Part shown: piece after piece, positions 24,655 to 36,600 of the stretch | How positions within the stretch are numbered: the stretch's first letter is position 1 | Layout: every line of letters begins with the position of its first letter | NCBI GenBank assembly: GCA_047495785.1 | Contig: JBLDXI010000008.1 | Location: 13,987 to 77,986 of the forward strand | DNA: 64,000 nucleotides | Reading direction: 5' to 3' | Source of the DNA: Lepidodermella squamata | Lineage: Eukaryota > Animalia > Gastrotricha | Notes under the pieces: generated by a model | Database searches by the model: none | What the model saw: the letters and a program-made list of their open reading frames with translations, nothing else | What the model was told of the DNA's origin: nothing | Translations under genes and position numbers: made by a program

Positions 24655-24929
24655 TTATTATCAGAAAGACGAAAAACAAGCCCCATTTTTCACTATCGTT
24701 TCAATATTGTGATAACTTTAGGCTTTATTTTTGGATTTTTAATAAAAAGATGGAGCTTCCGAGATTGCATTCTTCTTGTTGTCAAGATATTGGTTTTTCG
24801 ATTATTTAGCGCTTAGTTCGAGTGGGGCAAGCTATTTTTCGCCGCACTTCAAACTATAGTGGCTTCTTTGTTTTTCACTTCCCCTTTTTTCATAAATCTA
24901 CTGATTTATTCTTCGTTTTAACCCATTTC

Positions 24930-25160
24930 ATGCGATTATTTTGTAATTTTTTGGTACTATGGCTGCTCCCTGTGGCGATATCGAACGCGCAGCTATTTGA
25001 GGCGCCAAATCACGTTGAAAAATGGACAACTCACGGGTCCCACGTCGAAACGATATGCGACAACGCGTGTCTCGGGATGCTAGCCGCTATCGTTCCAGTT
25101 TCGATCATTGTACTGTCTTTCATGATGATCAAATGCTGCTGCCCTGGTTCTTCATTTTAG
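24930..25160 (+). CDS. Small single-pass membrane protein with CDNAC...KCCCP motif, paralogue 1
   Basis: MRLFCNFLVLWLLPVAISNA signal peptide, short ectodomain, then CDNACLGMLAAIVPVSIIVLSFMMIKCCCPGSSF*. Confidence 0.75.
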   Translation: MRLFCNFLVLWLLPVAISNAQLFEAPNHVEKWTTHGSHVETICDNACLGMLAAIVPVSIIVLSFMMIKCCCPGSSF

Positions 25161-25614
25161 AATTCGATTGGACACAATCGAAAGACAAGAAAATCGACAG
25201 TTTTTGAAATTGGGTAAATAATAAAAGAAAACATGTCTTTGCTACGAGCCCTCTGAGACGATTTTCTACATTTCTGAGGTCAACAATATTCGTAAGAAAA
25301 TTACAACAATTTCGAAAAATTCTGCTTCTGAGCTGCAAGAGAGTAGGAAAGACCGAAAAGTGTCAGAACTAGTCATTTTTTTCCATTCCTTTGAGATTTG
25401 AGGTTCAATATATATCTATACGCCTTTACTAAAATTACATAAAAAAGTTAGTCCTGTCTCTCTCGGGTCCGTATAAATGATAAATATTCATCACGCGTCA
25501 CATCATATATGTTTGACATTATAATATTAGGTTTTTGTTATTTCCGGAGCCGGCAAATTGTGATGAAATCACAGAATATGCGGCTCATAGCCTGTATTTC
25601 ACGTTTTCTTGATC

Positions 25615-25878
25615 ATGACTCCTAATAATGATAAACTCATACTCGTTCTGGCCAACGGATTACTAGCGAGCTCTTCTAGTGATAGCGCTGAGTCTACTTC
25701 ACGCCAGCAGCCGTTCGAAATCGCCAATCGAACCGATCGATGGGTTTTCTATACGTTGACAAATCGAGACGCGTGCGACAACGCCTGTATCGGCATGATG
25801 ATGGCTATCATACCAGTGGCGATCATCGTACTGTCGTTCATACTCATCAAATGCTGCTGCCCAGCTAACTCGTTCTAA
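25615..25878 (+). CDS. Small single-pass membrane protein with CDNAC...KCCCP motif, paralogue 2 (start uncertain)
   Basis: CDNACIGMMMAIIPVAIIVLSFILIKCCCPANSF*, conserved with paralogue 1 at the protein level despite synonymous changes. Confidence 0.72.
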   Translation: MTPNNDKLILVLANGLLASSSSDSAESTSRQQPFEIANRTDRWVFYTLTNRDACDNACIGMMMAIIPVAIIVLSFILIKCCCPANSF

Positions 25879-25980
25879 CGTTGAAACAAGGAACCTAGAA
25901 CTCAGTCTTTACCATGCTATTATCGCTTTATTTATCGATTAAATAATTTGCACAAGGCCATCCTAATGTTCGTTTTGGGT

Positions 25981-26628
25981 TCAGCATTCAGATAACGAGC
26001 ACCATTTGCCACAAACTCCGTAAGATTGGAGCCAGATTACAGGCAGGCACTTCCTACAACAATCAGAAAAGATGAATTGGGTAAGTTTACAAGTGGCAAA
26101 AGGGCTTGGACTAGCTCAGTTCCCAAGGAATTAAATGAATTAGGAAACCTACTGGTCATCTGAGCAATCGCTTTTCGTTTCGCAAAGAGTAGCTTCGTTC
26201 TTAGGCAGTATTGGCTCTGGATAGATTGGGGAGTTATACGGCCGAGGTTCGATTTTGCCGATATCAAGACATTCCCAATCATCATCATTACCTATACAGC
26301 TCCTTCGAAAAATTGGTCTCGCTGTATACCTTAGCTGGTATGTTATAGGACTTACCATCCCCTAGGACAATGCTTATGCTGATAGCGATAGCTGCCCAGG
26401 CAGTAAATCGACCCAGAGAGTTCGACGTGAATTGGAATTTGGCACCTTCCAACAATGAAACACCTTCGAAGAGTCCACCTTAAGCAAAATTACTAGAATT
26501 AGAGGCAACACCGGCTATATTTTCAGGGCTCACATGTCACTGGAACAAGTTGCTCGGCAGTCATCGTAGTTCATACATTGACAGGCCGTAGTAATCAGAA
26601 GCAGAATCACTGCCACCTGTTTCAGCAT
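25981..26628 (-). CDS. Novel secreted cysteine-rich protein, 146 aa; exons 26628-26534, 26478-26356, 26302-26153, 26053-25981
   Basis: Spliced translation: MLKQVAVILLLITTACQC-MNYDDCRATCSSDMWTLRRCFIVGRCQIPIHVELSGSIYCLGSYRYQHKHCPRGWSCIGNDDDWECLDIGKIEPRPYNSPIYPEPILPKNEATLCETKSDCSDDQKCLPVIWLQSYGVCGKWCSLSEC*. Three phase-2 GT-AG introns, 14 Cys in the mature region. Confidence 0.78.
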
Positions 26629-26808
26629 TTTGCGAGAAAAAATGATAAATTGGTTGAAAAAACGAGTGAACGTAGCTCCAGCTGATTAAAATTCACAAAA
26701 AACCAATTCATAGTATGCAAGTTTTATTTAAGCGTAAAGCTGGATTAAAACACATCCAGTCGAAGAGTCATGAGCAAAATAATTCTGAGAGTCAAATTGA
26801 AACGAAAT

Positions 26809-29800
26809 TTAGACGTAAGTCTCGCAGACAACAGCGCTTGGAGCATCTTGAGCCGTAGTGATGCAATCAATGTCGTTGAGGTAGAAATCGGCTGGGTTCG
26901 GGCCGAATTTAGAGTACATACTGTACGCAGCACAAGCTAGCGGGCCGCTTGGTTCGTCCTGCTGGACTCCGTTAACTACAGCGCCACCCCACTGGCGGTT
27001 GAAGGCGGTGAATGATGAGCCGTCAATCCATTGGTATTGGCTGGTTGCGTACTTGAGTCCAACCCAGGCGGAGGTCGTAACATCGGCATCGTGCAGGGCG
27101 AAGCGGACATCGTCTTGTTCAGCAACGGTTTTGACGGTCGCAAGCTGGCCAATGCGGCCTTGGCCATCACCCTGCTTACAAAGACGATCGGCATCAAAAT
27201 ACCTGCAAATTTTTGCAAAATTCATCAAATTGCAATGGTTGCTATGGAAATGTATTTATCCAGGCATCTGATAATCCCCTTCTAAAGTCCAAGGCGTTTC
27301 CCTAGCGACCGTTGCTATGGAACCTTTCACGCTGATGCTAATGGCACTAAACTAGAGCTAACTAGTATGTACGCCACCCCTTAGCAACAGTTGCTATGGA
27401 TGCTAAAATGATGCTCTGCCCTAGCAACCGATGCTGTAACATTATGGATGGCGATGAAACAAAAAAGTACTTCATGATCTTGTCGCCTAGAGGCCGCTCA
27501 ATCACGAAAAAGGTCTTCTTCGCAGTTTCGCACGATTGCTTGGATTTGTATGCAACGTCCAATGGCATTTGTACCAGGCTTTGGCAACCAACCAAGCTCG
27601 GACGGCAACTAGCAGCGCCAGCATTGTTGGTATCAATACACCGAACGTAGCCACGCTTAAAACAAACCATGATTCAAAGTCAGGTGAAAGGTTATTGACA
27701 TAGCTAACCGGTTTGAAGCTGTAAGTCTCGCATATAGCCGCATTGCCATCGGAGCTATCATCTGCATAATAATCGGCAATCTGTTGGCCGAAACTATGGT
27801 ATGGACCGAACGCAATGTATGGCTCGTTGGCGTCAGGTTGCTGATCGCCCCAGAATCCTTCCATCGCTTGTAGCCTACTACCATCAGGCCACGAGTAATT
27901 CCCATCTGCCAAACGAGAACCTCCGGTCCAACCGTAAAAGTTCTCAGCACCAGATGCCGACAACATTCGGCGGAGTCTAATTAGGTCCAGTTGGTCCTTA
28001 ATCGTCGCTAATTGGGCACCGGCTTCCAAGCAGGTTGAGACAGCCAAATCGCGGGTAGGCACTAGGGCAAGAATCAACCTGAATTCTTTTCCAGCGGCCA
28101 AGCATTGCGCCTCGGTTAGGAAAAGCTGGTCCTGAGGATTTTGCGTCGAGCCAGCGCAGCCGGTTGAGGCGGCAACACAACTTATAACGCCTTGGTTGTC
28201 ACATCGCACAAAGCCGAGTGTTGCTGGGCTAGGTTCCAAGAAGGTTTCGCAGACAGCTGCTGTAACTTGCGCATCGCACGAGTCGTCGTTCAAGTAGTAA
28301 TCTGATGTGTAGTTTTTGAACCCATTCTGTTGTTCGTAAACGACGCAGGGCGAGTTATCTAGCAAAACAAATAAACTTACATTTTGGGAATTGGAAATTT
28401 CGACCATGACAAATTTTGGCTCCATCGGGATCAAGTCAGACCACTGATGATGAGCATACCTGAAGGTTCGTCTGAAGTCTCTGTTCCACCCCACTGGCGA
28501 ACGTTGTTGTCGAGCGAAGAATATGGGGTGCCATCGATCCAGCTGTAGCCAGTCGCGACATTGACGCCCAGGCTGTTATCAGGCCCCAGGAGGCCAATCC
28601 ACGCACGTTGTACGTTGTTGGTGCGTAATAGATCCCTCACAAATGTCTGCTCGGCGGCCGTTTTCACAGTGGCTAGCTGGCCTTTCACAGAAGCGCACAT
28701 CCCTTCGGCGTCGACAGCTCCTTCGAGGGTTGCCTTTTGCACAAGGAACAGCTGCTTTTCCGCACCCATGCACGACTCGCCAGTTATGAAGGTTCGACCG
28801 GCTGGAACTTGCTTCTCATTCTCGGGCTTGCAGCCTGGCGAGTCAAACGTAAAGTTATGGCATGTATCTTTCGAATTTTCCTACCGTCACTGGCTCGCTT
28901 GCACGAAAACGACCCTCCAGCTTGGCATCTCACGTAGCCAGACTTCGAAAATTCGAATTTCAGTGCAAACTTAACAAAATGTTCACAAAACTTACGTAAG
29001 TCATGCAATCTTCGTAGTTTTTCGCGAAATACGGAGATTGGTCGAATATTTTCGTAAAATCCTGAAATTGGTACATTCAAATTTCCTGGTAAGATTTTGG
29101 ACGTAATAACCGTTTGAGCGGGTTCGCAAGCCTCATCCTGAGGAATGCACGTGTAGACCGACGGCGTCATTGAGTGGCACGCTTTCACACCCTGTTTCGA
29201 TCACAACTTGTTACCATTACTAACACACACCCAAAGGAAACTCACAGACAAAAGGCATTTTGCATACGAGGTGAACGTTTGAGCGCTCGGACTCTGCGAT
29301 AAAGGTATTCAAGAAATCATCCGATTCACGGGAAAATATGTTACCGTGTTTGCTGGGCATCCATCAGAGGCCAACTGGCACGAGTGGAACATGTTATAAG
29401 CATCAAAGCATCTTTTGAAGGAATCCTAAGAATAAGGCATATCAAAATCAAACGGAAACATTTCAGGATAGCCAACCTGTTTACAGTATTTTCGAGCCGT
29501 TGCGTAGTTGCTGCCGAAAGATCTGCTCGAGGAGAATGTACCCAGCTGTTGAGCTTAGTAGTTAGACCTGAGCTATAATTTAGGCTGAATCGAACTTACC
29601 TCGACTTGGGAAGGTAGGCATTCGAACTCGGCTCCACTGACTTGATAGAGATCACCTACATCTTGGTAGCAGCATTTGGCACCCGCATTTTCGCAGACAG
29701 AATGGTCGTTCAAAAATGGAGGGATCGTCGCGTCGAAAGCTTCAAGCTGTAGATGAAAAGAAATTAGTTCAGGATTCTATTATGGCAGGAATAGTCGAAA

Positions 29801-32800
29801 CTTACCCGAACAAGGCCGTTGCTGCATTGATCGGCTGCAGCTTCGCACTTTTTGAAAGTCACCGTATTCGGATCAATGCATCGCATGTATTGCTCTGAAA
29901 AATTCAAAAATTGATGGTTACTTCGAATCCACACGGAGCTTGTTCATGATCCGAGAATTTAGGGTTTTTTGGTCGTTGAAGAATTTTGGTTTGACCCTAG
30001 GAAATGGGCTCTTCAGGTTGAGAAATTTTTCCAGGAATCAGAAGATTCGAAAAGCAACAATTGAAAAATTCGAAAATAAGCGAGGAACAAGACAATACTT
30101 ACGGCATCTGCGAATATAGCGGCAATCTTCAATCTTGTGATAGTCCCGATCGATGAAGCAGTAGGTGCTATTGCGCGATCCAGGGTTACGGCACGCCCTG
30201 CCCGACGCTAGAATGTCGGCTTTGGGGAAACGAATCGGGCTGAACGAAGTCTGCTTCGACCAAGTTCGGCACTCTTTGCCGGACGCCGTATTGCGAACCG
30301 AGCCTTCATAGTCGTACCCGGTCTCCGTCATTTGGCATTCTTTCGTTTGCGTCAGAGCCGTCACGGATCCGCAGGGTGACATAACCACAAGCTTGAAGCC
30401 AGTCGAGTCGTTACGACCGGAAGGTGAGTGGAAAATGACGAGAGCTTCCTTCGATAGCGTTTTGTAGATTCGCCCCGAAGTCAAGCTGCACCTGCAGAAC
30501 CTAAACGGAAATCCAATAGTAAAAATCAAAAGTGGAGTGAAATTGGGGTGAGGGCGAACTTCGGTCCTGGCCTAGTGTAGTCTTCTGAGCGAATTTCGAC
30601 GTAGTCGTCGCAGACAGCCTCCCATTGCTGGCAAGTCAAGCCTGGGCGGCGTTCGAAGGCAAATATCAAGCCATTTCCATCCTGGAAAATGAAATTTCAA
30701 ATTTGAACATTATAATTTATGATGAATCATCGAAAAGGGCAATTCTGATTCAGAAAATTGTGCTTTCAAATTCAAATAAATTGATTTTTAATCAGGAAAA
30801 TGGTTACATCCAGATTAAATGAAATAAATTAGTTAGATATTTGATTAATTAATTAATTTCAAAAAATGTATAATTTAAGATTATTCATAATAGCATAATT
30901 TTCATTAGAATTTGAAAATTGAAATTTTTGAAATTTGACAAAAAATATTTTTCTTAGATCAACTTACAGTTTGAACTCTCCAAAAGCACTCGGTGTTAGC
31001 AGGATACTTGTCCGGGTAATTAGGCGAAGTGATGGCCTCGCCAGTGCTGCACTTCTGGATAACCTTAGTACCGCCACATCCGTTGATGACCGGCGCGATT
31101 TCATCGCAAAATTGGCCGCCAATGCCTCGCGGGCACACGCACCAGCCGCAGTTGAACGGATTTTCATAGCCACCGTTCTTGCAAACAGGACGCGTCGTAC
31201 TGCTGTTGCAGACTTTGGCTGCGAAAGAGAATAAAATAATAAACCAATAAACCGAGTCGAAAATTGTGAAGAAAATAAAAAACAAATTAAGCTTTTAAAT
31301 TTAAATTTTAAATTTTGAATATATTGAAAATTGGAAAAAATCAATTTGTAAATTCTGTTTTTTAGTCAGTATTATATTTCTGCATTTTTCCAATTTTATT
31401 GCGGCCGAAATAAAATAATTTCAAATTTAGAAAATCAACGCATTTTTTATTCTATTTCTGAATTTTTCTAAGAAATTCCAACCTGGACAATTGTAAAGCC
31501 AGTTGATGCGCTTAGCATCTAAGAAAGATAGGTAAAGCCGTTGGCCCATAGTGTACAAAAAGGCGGGATCTTTCGGTTCAATTGTTCGCCGTTTGCCGTC
31601 CGGGTTGAAGCTGAGCCACAGTGAATCGGGGTGCATGATAGACTCAAAGTCGTACGGCGTGTTGCCATCGCGAATGTGAGGGAAAATGCCGAAAAAACTC
31701 CGCTTGCCGCTGCAAAAAAATAGAAAATGTCACTAATTTAAAAATTGCTTTGAAATTGAAAAAAATAATAAAAAATCCGATTTTTTAACGGAGAATTTAC
31801 GATTTGCCTGAATAAAGAGAGGGGCCATTTGTAGAAAAATTAAATTGAAATCACTTGAAATTTCAAAAAAATTAAAATTTTAAATATTAACCTCATTATA
31901 TTTTTGTAAATGACTCGGACGTATTTGAATCGATCAGGGCGAGCAGTTTCATCAGCCTGAAAAAATACATGCCATCAATAATTTGGGACAAAAATAATTA
32001 GCAACAAACCAATCCTAGTGCGTGACCTATTTCACGCGCAACTTTTCCGACTCGCATGCAATCACCGCCAAGGACAATTTTCTGAACGCCAGACTTTGAC
32101 ATGCCAATTTCAGACTGGCACAGTTGGAAGCTTTATAGGCAAGAACAGATTGATCGTATCACCTAAGAAATGTTCATAGCTCACTTGGGCGATTTTGTAA
32201 ACAAAATGCTGTTGTTGAAATTGTTAAGCTCCTCAGGCGTATGTTCCTCGAACAACACGCAGGTCTTTTCCGTCCACCATGAAATTGCTTTTCGGATGAT
32301 ATCTCGGTCAGATTCCCCTGGAAAAGAAAAAAAATTAAATTATTTGAACAGATTTTTAGAATAAATTTCAAATTTTTTTATTCGAATTTTAAATTTCAAA
32401 ATTCTTTTGAAAAAGTTTGGAAATTAAAAAATTCGAATTGGAATGTAAATTTCACATTAGCTATTAAAATGCAATTTAAATAATTCTGAAAATTTTGTGA
32501 GAATTTCAAGAATTTTTAATTTTGTAACTTACACATATAGTCGATGAAAGCGTAAGGAACGAGGCGTGACGGCCACACTCGAACGCTTCGCGGGATGGCG
32601 TTAACGCGTGGCTGTTGCGAATATTGCTTGGGCGCAATTTGCATAAGCATCGACGCCAACGTATCGCGGTCTTGCTTCTTGTAAATTCTGTTCAGCAAAT
32701 TATCCGGGCACTCGTCGTGCGGAATGCGCATGCTGGCTCGAAATTTGTTCGACAGCCTATCCAAAATCTCCTCTTTCGTGAGCTGAAATTTAGGAAATAA

Positions 32801-33320
32801 TTAAAAAAATCTGTTATTCTTTACTGCTAACCAGGAAAAATCGAGAAAAATCCGGTTAAATGTTGAATAATTCATGTATTTTTTTAGAAAATCCAGAAAA
32901 TTCTGGAAAATTGGGTAAAATCCTTAGCTACATCGAAAATTAAAATGAGACTTCAGATATAATTTTTAATTTTTTTTAAATTATTTTTTGAATTTTTTAA
33001 ACTGCAAAAATGAATTCAGCAAAATAAATGTTATTGAAATAATTTTTTGAATGAGCCTAAATTAATTAGGGAGGACTACTGAAATCCTAATACAAAATAT
33101 TTGAATAGGCTAATTATCTCTGCACAAATTTTGATTGAAAATTTGTGGAAAAATTGAAAATTACCGATTCAGCATCCTTGATTTGCGGCTTAATTTCGAT
33201 TCCACCATCCTGATTTCCAGGCATTTCTGGCGGCTGGAACCCAGGCATGACCATTTCTTGCGCATCGCCCAACGCCACGGCTAAACAGCCGATTGCTAAA
33301 ACAGCGATTACCAACCTCAT
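26809..33320 (-). CDS. Multi-exon secreted astacin-like (pseudo)metalloprotease: signal-pro-astacin*-EGF-CUB-kringle-Cys-rich-3x(4-Cys module + C-type lectin)
   Basis: Signal MRLVIAVLAIGCLAVALG; RVNAIPRSVRVWPSRLVPY; AISWWTEKTCVLF; REIGHALGL^ADETARPDR; YDFESIMHP; MGQRLYLSFLDAKRINWLYNC; EGF CKNGGYENPFNCGWCVCPRGIGGQFC; CUB ITSPNYPDKYPANTECFW; kringle YEGSVRNTASGKECRTW...CRNPG; three CTLDs ending AVCETF / AICETY / VVCETYV*. The kringle exon splices onward in frame. Small exons at ~29.1-29.6 kb were not fully resolved. Confidence 0.85.
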
Positions 33321-33667
33321 GTATTTTTCGAACGAAAATTAAAATTAATAGTGAGAAATAAACATCACAAGGCACATTTCAAGGCACGCGATTGATTCTT
33401 TTATGAATGAAAAACAAAACAGGTGATGCACAAGTTTTACGTCAAAAACAACAAATTAAATATGAGAGGAAAATATTTGAAAAATTAATTCAAAATTAAA
33501 CGTTTGAAAAACAACGTCAAATGTAACTTTAAATAGAAACATTACTGCGAAGAAATTTCCCGGAAGGAAATCACGAACGAACATAGATAAAAGCCGGAAG
33601 CTCGAGGGTATCGATGGAAAAGGTCGATAGAATTATTTTTTCGGACTTTATTTCAAATGTTTCGAAA

Positions 33668-36600
33668 ATGAAGTTCAAATCACGATTTTTCACCATTTTC
33701 CTCAATTTTCTCGAAATTATTACAGCTATGAAATCTGAAGTAGCTGGAATCGCTGAACTGAAATCGGCCATCAAGAATCTAAGCTCATCACCTCAAATAA
33801 TTGCTGAATTAAGGGATCCAATGCCTCGATTTGTAACTTCAACCCATTTCAACACGAAATCGACATCGAACAGGACGAAAATCATCACAATTTTAATATC
33901 AATTAACTACCTGGGACCGTTAGCTATAGGTCCGATTAGTACAAAATCACTTGAATTAGCTCTCGACAGATTCGCTGGTTTGGACAACTGGCTGCCTGGC
34001 TATGAAATCGCTTTCGATTTGATAGATGACGAATGCATAGATTCGAATACAGTGGCTGGTTTGATGCATCAGATTCAGCGGAATCAGGACGAAGCTGCCG
34101 TATTGAATCGAATCTCACTCATGTTTCTTACAACGTGTTCAGCGCAAGAAACATCTGCTGAAGTTCTGAATTACTACAACCTAACAGGGGTAGGTGATAA
34201 AGACTGAATTTGCTGATATTTCGAAGCTCAGATTGTATTTATGAATCATTTTCTGAACCTCATAATCCAGAATAGCACACTAAGCAAATTTAATAGGAAT
34301 TATTGGGGAACCTTTTAAGCTCTTCACTGTACATTTCATGCAAATTACTGTAACGTTTTCAAAGCTTACAGAACCTTTGTTGGATCCTTAAAAATATGCT
34401 TTAAACAACGAATATCAACCTTGGGTACACTATCTACCTATTGAACCTGTTCCAGCTATTTCCACCGACCTTTCCAAGCCCAGGGAAGATTCCGGAACCA
34501 TTTCGAAGCTGAGGGAACCTTCAAACTACATTACCTGAGACCCTTAAAAGGTTCCAGTAATATTTCAATCCGCCATCTTGATAATTTGAAGACTCAATTG
34601 TTATTAATTTGTATAGATTTATGTGGTATTTTCAGGAAGAGAGGATTGAAACCCCTAAGGTATTTTTTTACTCGCAGATTCACCTAGATTCCTTTCACGC
34701 GTGGGTGAAAAGTTGAGAAAATGTTGTTACTCCGGGCTATTCGCACAGTCTAAATAAATGTCTGTCTGATTCCAGATGGCCTTGGTTCAAAACAACCCAG
34801 AATTCCTTCTACAACGTAAGCGGTACAAGCAGTTTTTCGGGCTTGGCGAAACAGGCGACAAACCCTACATAGCATTGGCCTCATTCGTCTCTCAGATGGG
34901 CTGGCGTCAGATTGCCGTCATATCGGAAATAGATTCCTACTTCAACGTAGTAAGTTCGATTTTATTAAGCTGAAACCTTTCAAGTATCTTCTTGTCACCT
35001 TGCCAGATCGAGCGATATTTCTTTCCTGCTCTCACGCGAATGAACATAACCCTAGCGTGGGTTGGCAAAGTAACGTATATGTCGTCGAACAATGACGAGT
35101 TGGTTTCAAATTTCGATGAGCTAAAATCGCACGATCAGCGAATTATCTTCGTAAATGGCGACTCCGCATCTGCCATGGCGTGCTGGCTGCATCGGTACAA
35201 AATGTTCGGACCATTCTACGCCCTGTTCTTCGTCAACTGGGTCTACACCCCACCAAGCGACAGCTACATCCCAGAATACGTTGAACCTTGGTGCACGAAG
35301 TTGATGATCGCCCAAGTTTACGAGGGAGCCTTTTTCATGGGCGATTCTTCACTGCTGGATGTCTACGGTGAAGATTGGACGGATTCGACTGGACTTAGTG
35401 GCAGGCAGTTTTTCGAAGGTATGAGGTCGAAAATCAATCGCCCTGAGGAATCGGCTGGCTGGCAGTATTGGCGGACTGTGTACTACGACGCTGGGCTGTA
35501 CCTCGGTTTCGTCCTCAATAAGACTGAATCGATTCTACGCGGAAGGAATCAAACCCTGCTTGACTGGGTGGTAAATTCTGAAAAATTCCGTGAAAATGCT
35601 TCGGAAATCATGAAAATCTACGAAGATGCCATATATTCGACCCATGTTCGAGGTTTCAAGGGGATTTACGACTTCGATCGGGCTACGACAGTCAATTCAA
35701 ACGGCTACACCCCTGCGACGATTTTTCAGCTGAGAAATGCGGAGGACTTGAGCAAGTACCCTGATCAATTCCTGGTTGGGATTTACCAATCGAATAACCG
35801 GACATATCCTCTTACTCTGCGGCGCGATCTTGTCAAATGGAGGACGAAAGATGGATTACCGCCACTTGACAGACCCATTATCGTGCCTTCAGAAGTTCCT
35901 TTGATACCGCAGCTTGTTGCTGGAACAATTTTTGGTGAGAGATGCATCCATTTACCCTTTACCCCAAATAATAGGATTCAAAGGAAAGTGATTGCTTTGC
36001 TTTGATTTACAGGTATTTCTACAATTCTCTCGATTTCTATGCTTTCGACGATGCTATTCATTACTTTCGGAGCAAACCCCAGTCATTCGACCTCTTTTAG
36101 CCTCTACGAGAAAATTCTTGGCTTCGGCAACGTTGTAACTTGTATTTGTGGCTTTGCAATGCCGATAAATCATTCAATGAGAGCCAATCTCGCAATTTGC
36201 GCCATGGCCATTTCTATTTTCGCTTCTATCGGCTTTGTAGCCACAATGAGCAGCATTATCGGCTACATCGAATTACTAGATGCAAGGCTGAAATGTTCCA
36301 ACAGCAGACGTTCTCGCCAAATCCTGAAACCCTCCTTATCAAATGGAAAGCAAAGTATCAGACTACCAAGCGAATCCAGTATGCAGGTCCGAGAATTTCG
36401 AACAGGACCTAGCTGTTTAAAAGCTGCAATTTTCGCTATGAACTGCTTCCTTGTTATTGGAATATTCGCGACAGGCCCATTGGAGACAGGGCGAGAAATC
36501 GGGCCAATGTTTTATGAAGATAATGATGCGAGTTCGATATTTCAAGCCTTTTATTACAAGCTGGTTGTTTCAGCATATCCGGATGAGGCGCAGACTATGG

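Noticed and set aside
24652-24820. Terminal TGA of the CEPT/EPT gene as selenocysteine (as in vertebrate SELENOI)
   Set aside because: No recognisable SECIS stem-loop downstream, the read-through sequence is not EPT1-like, and AATAAA follows at ~24741.
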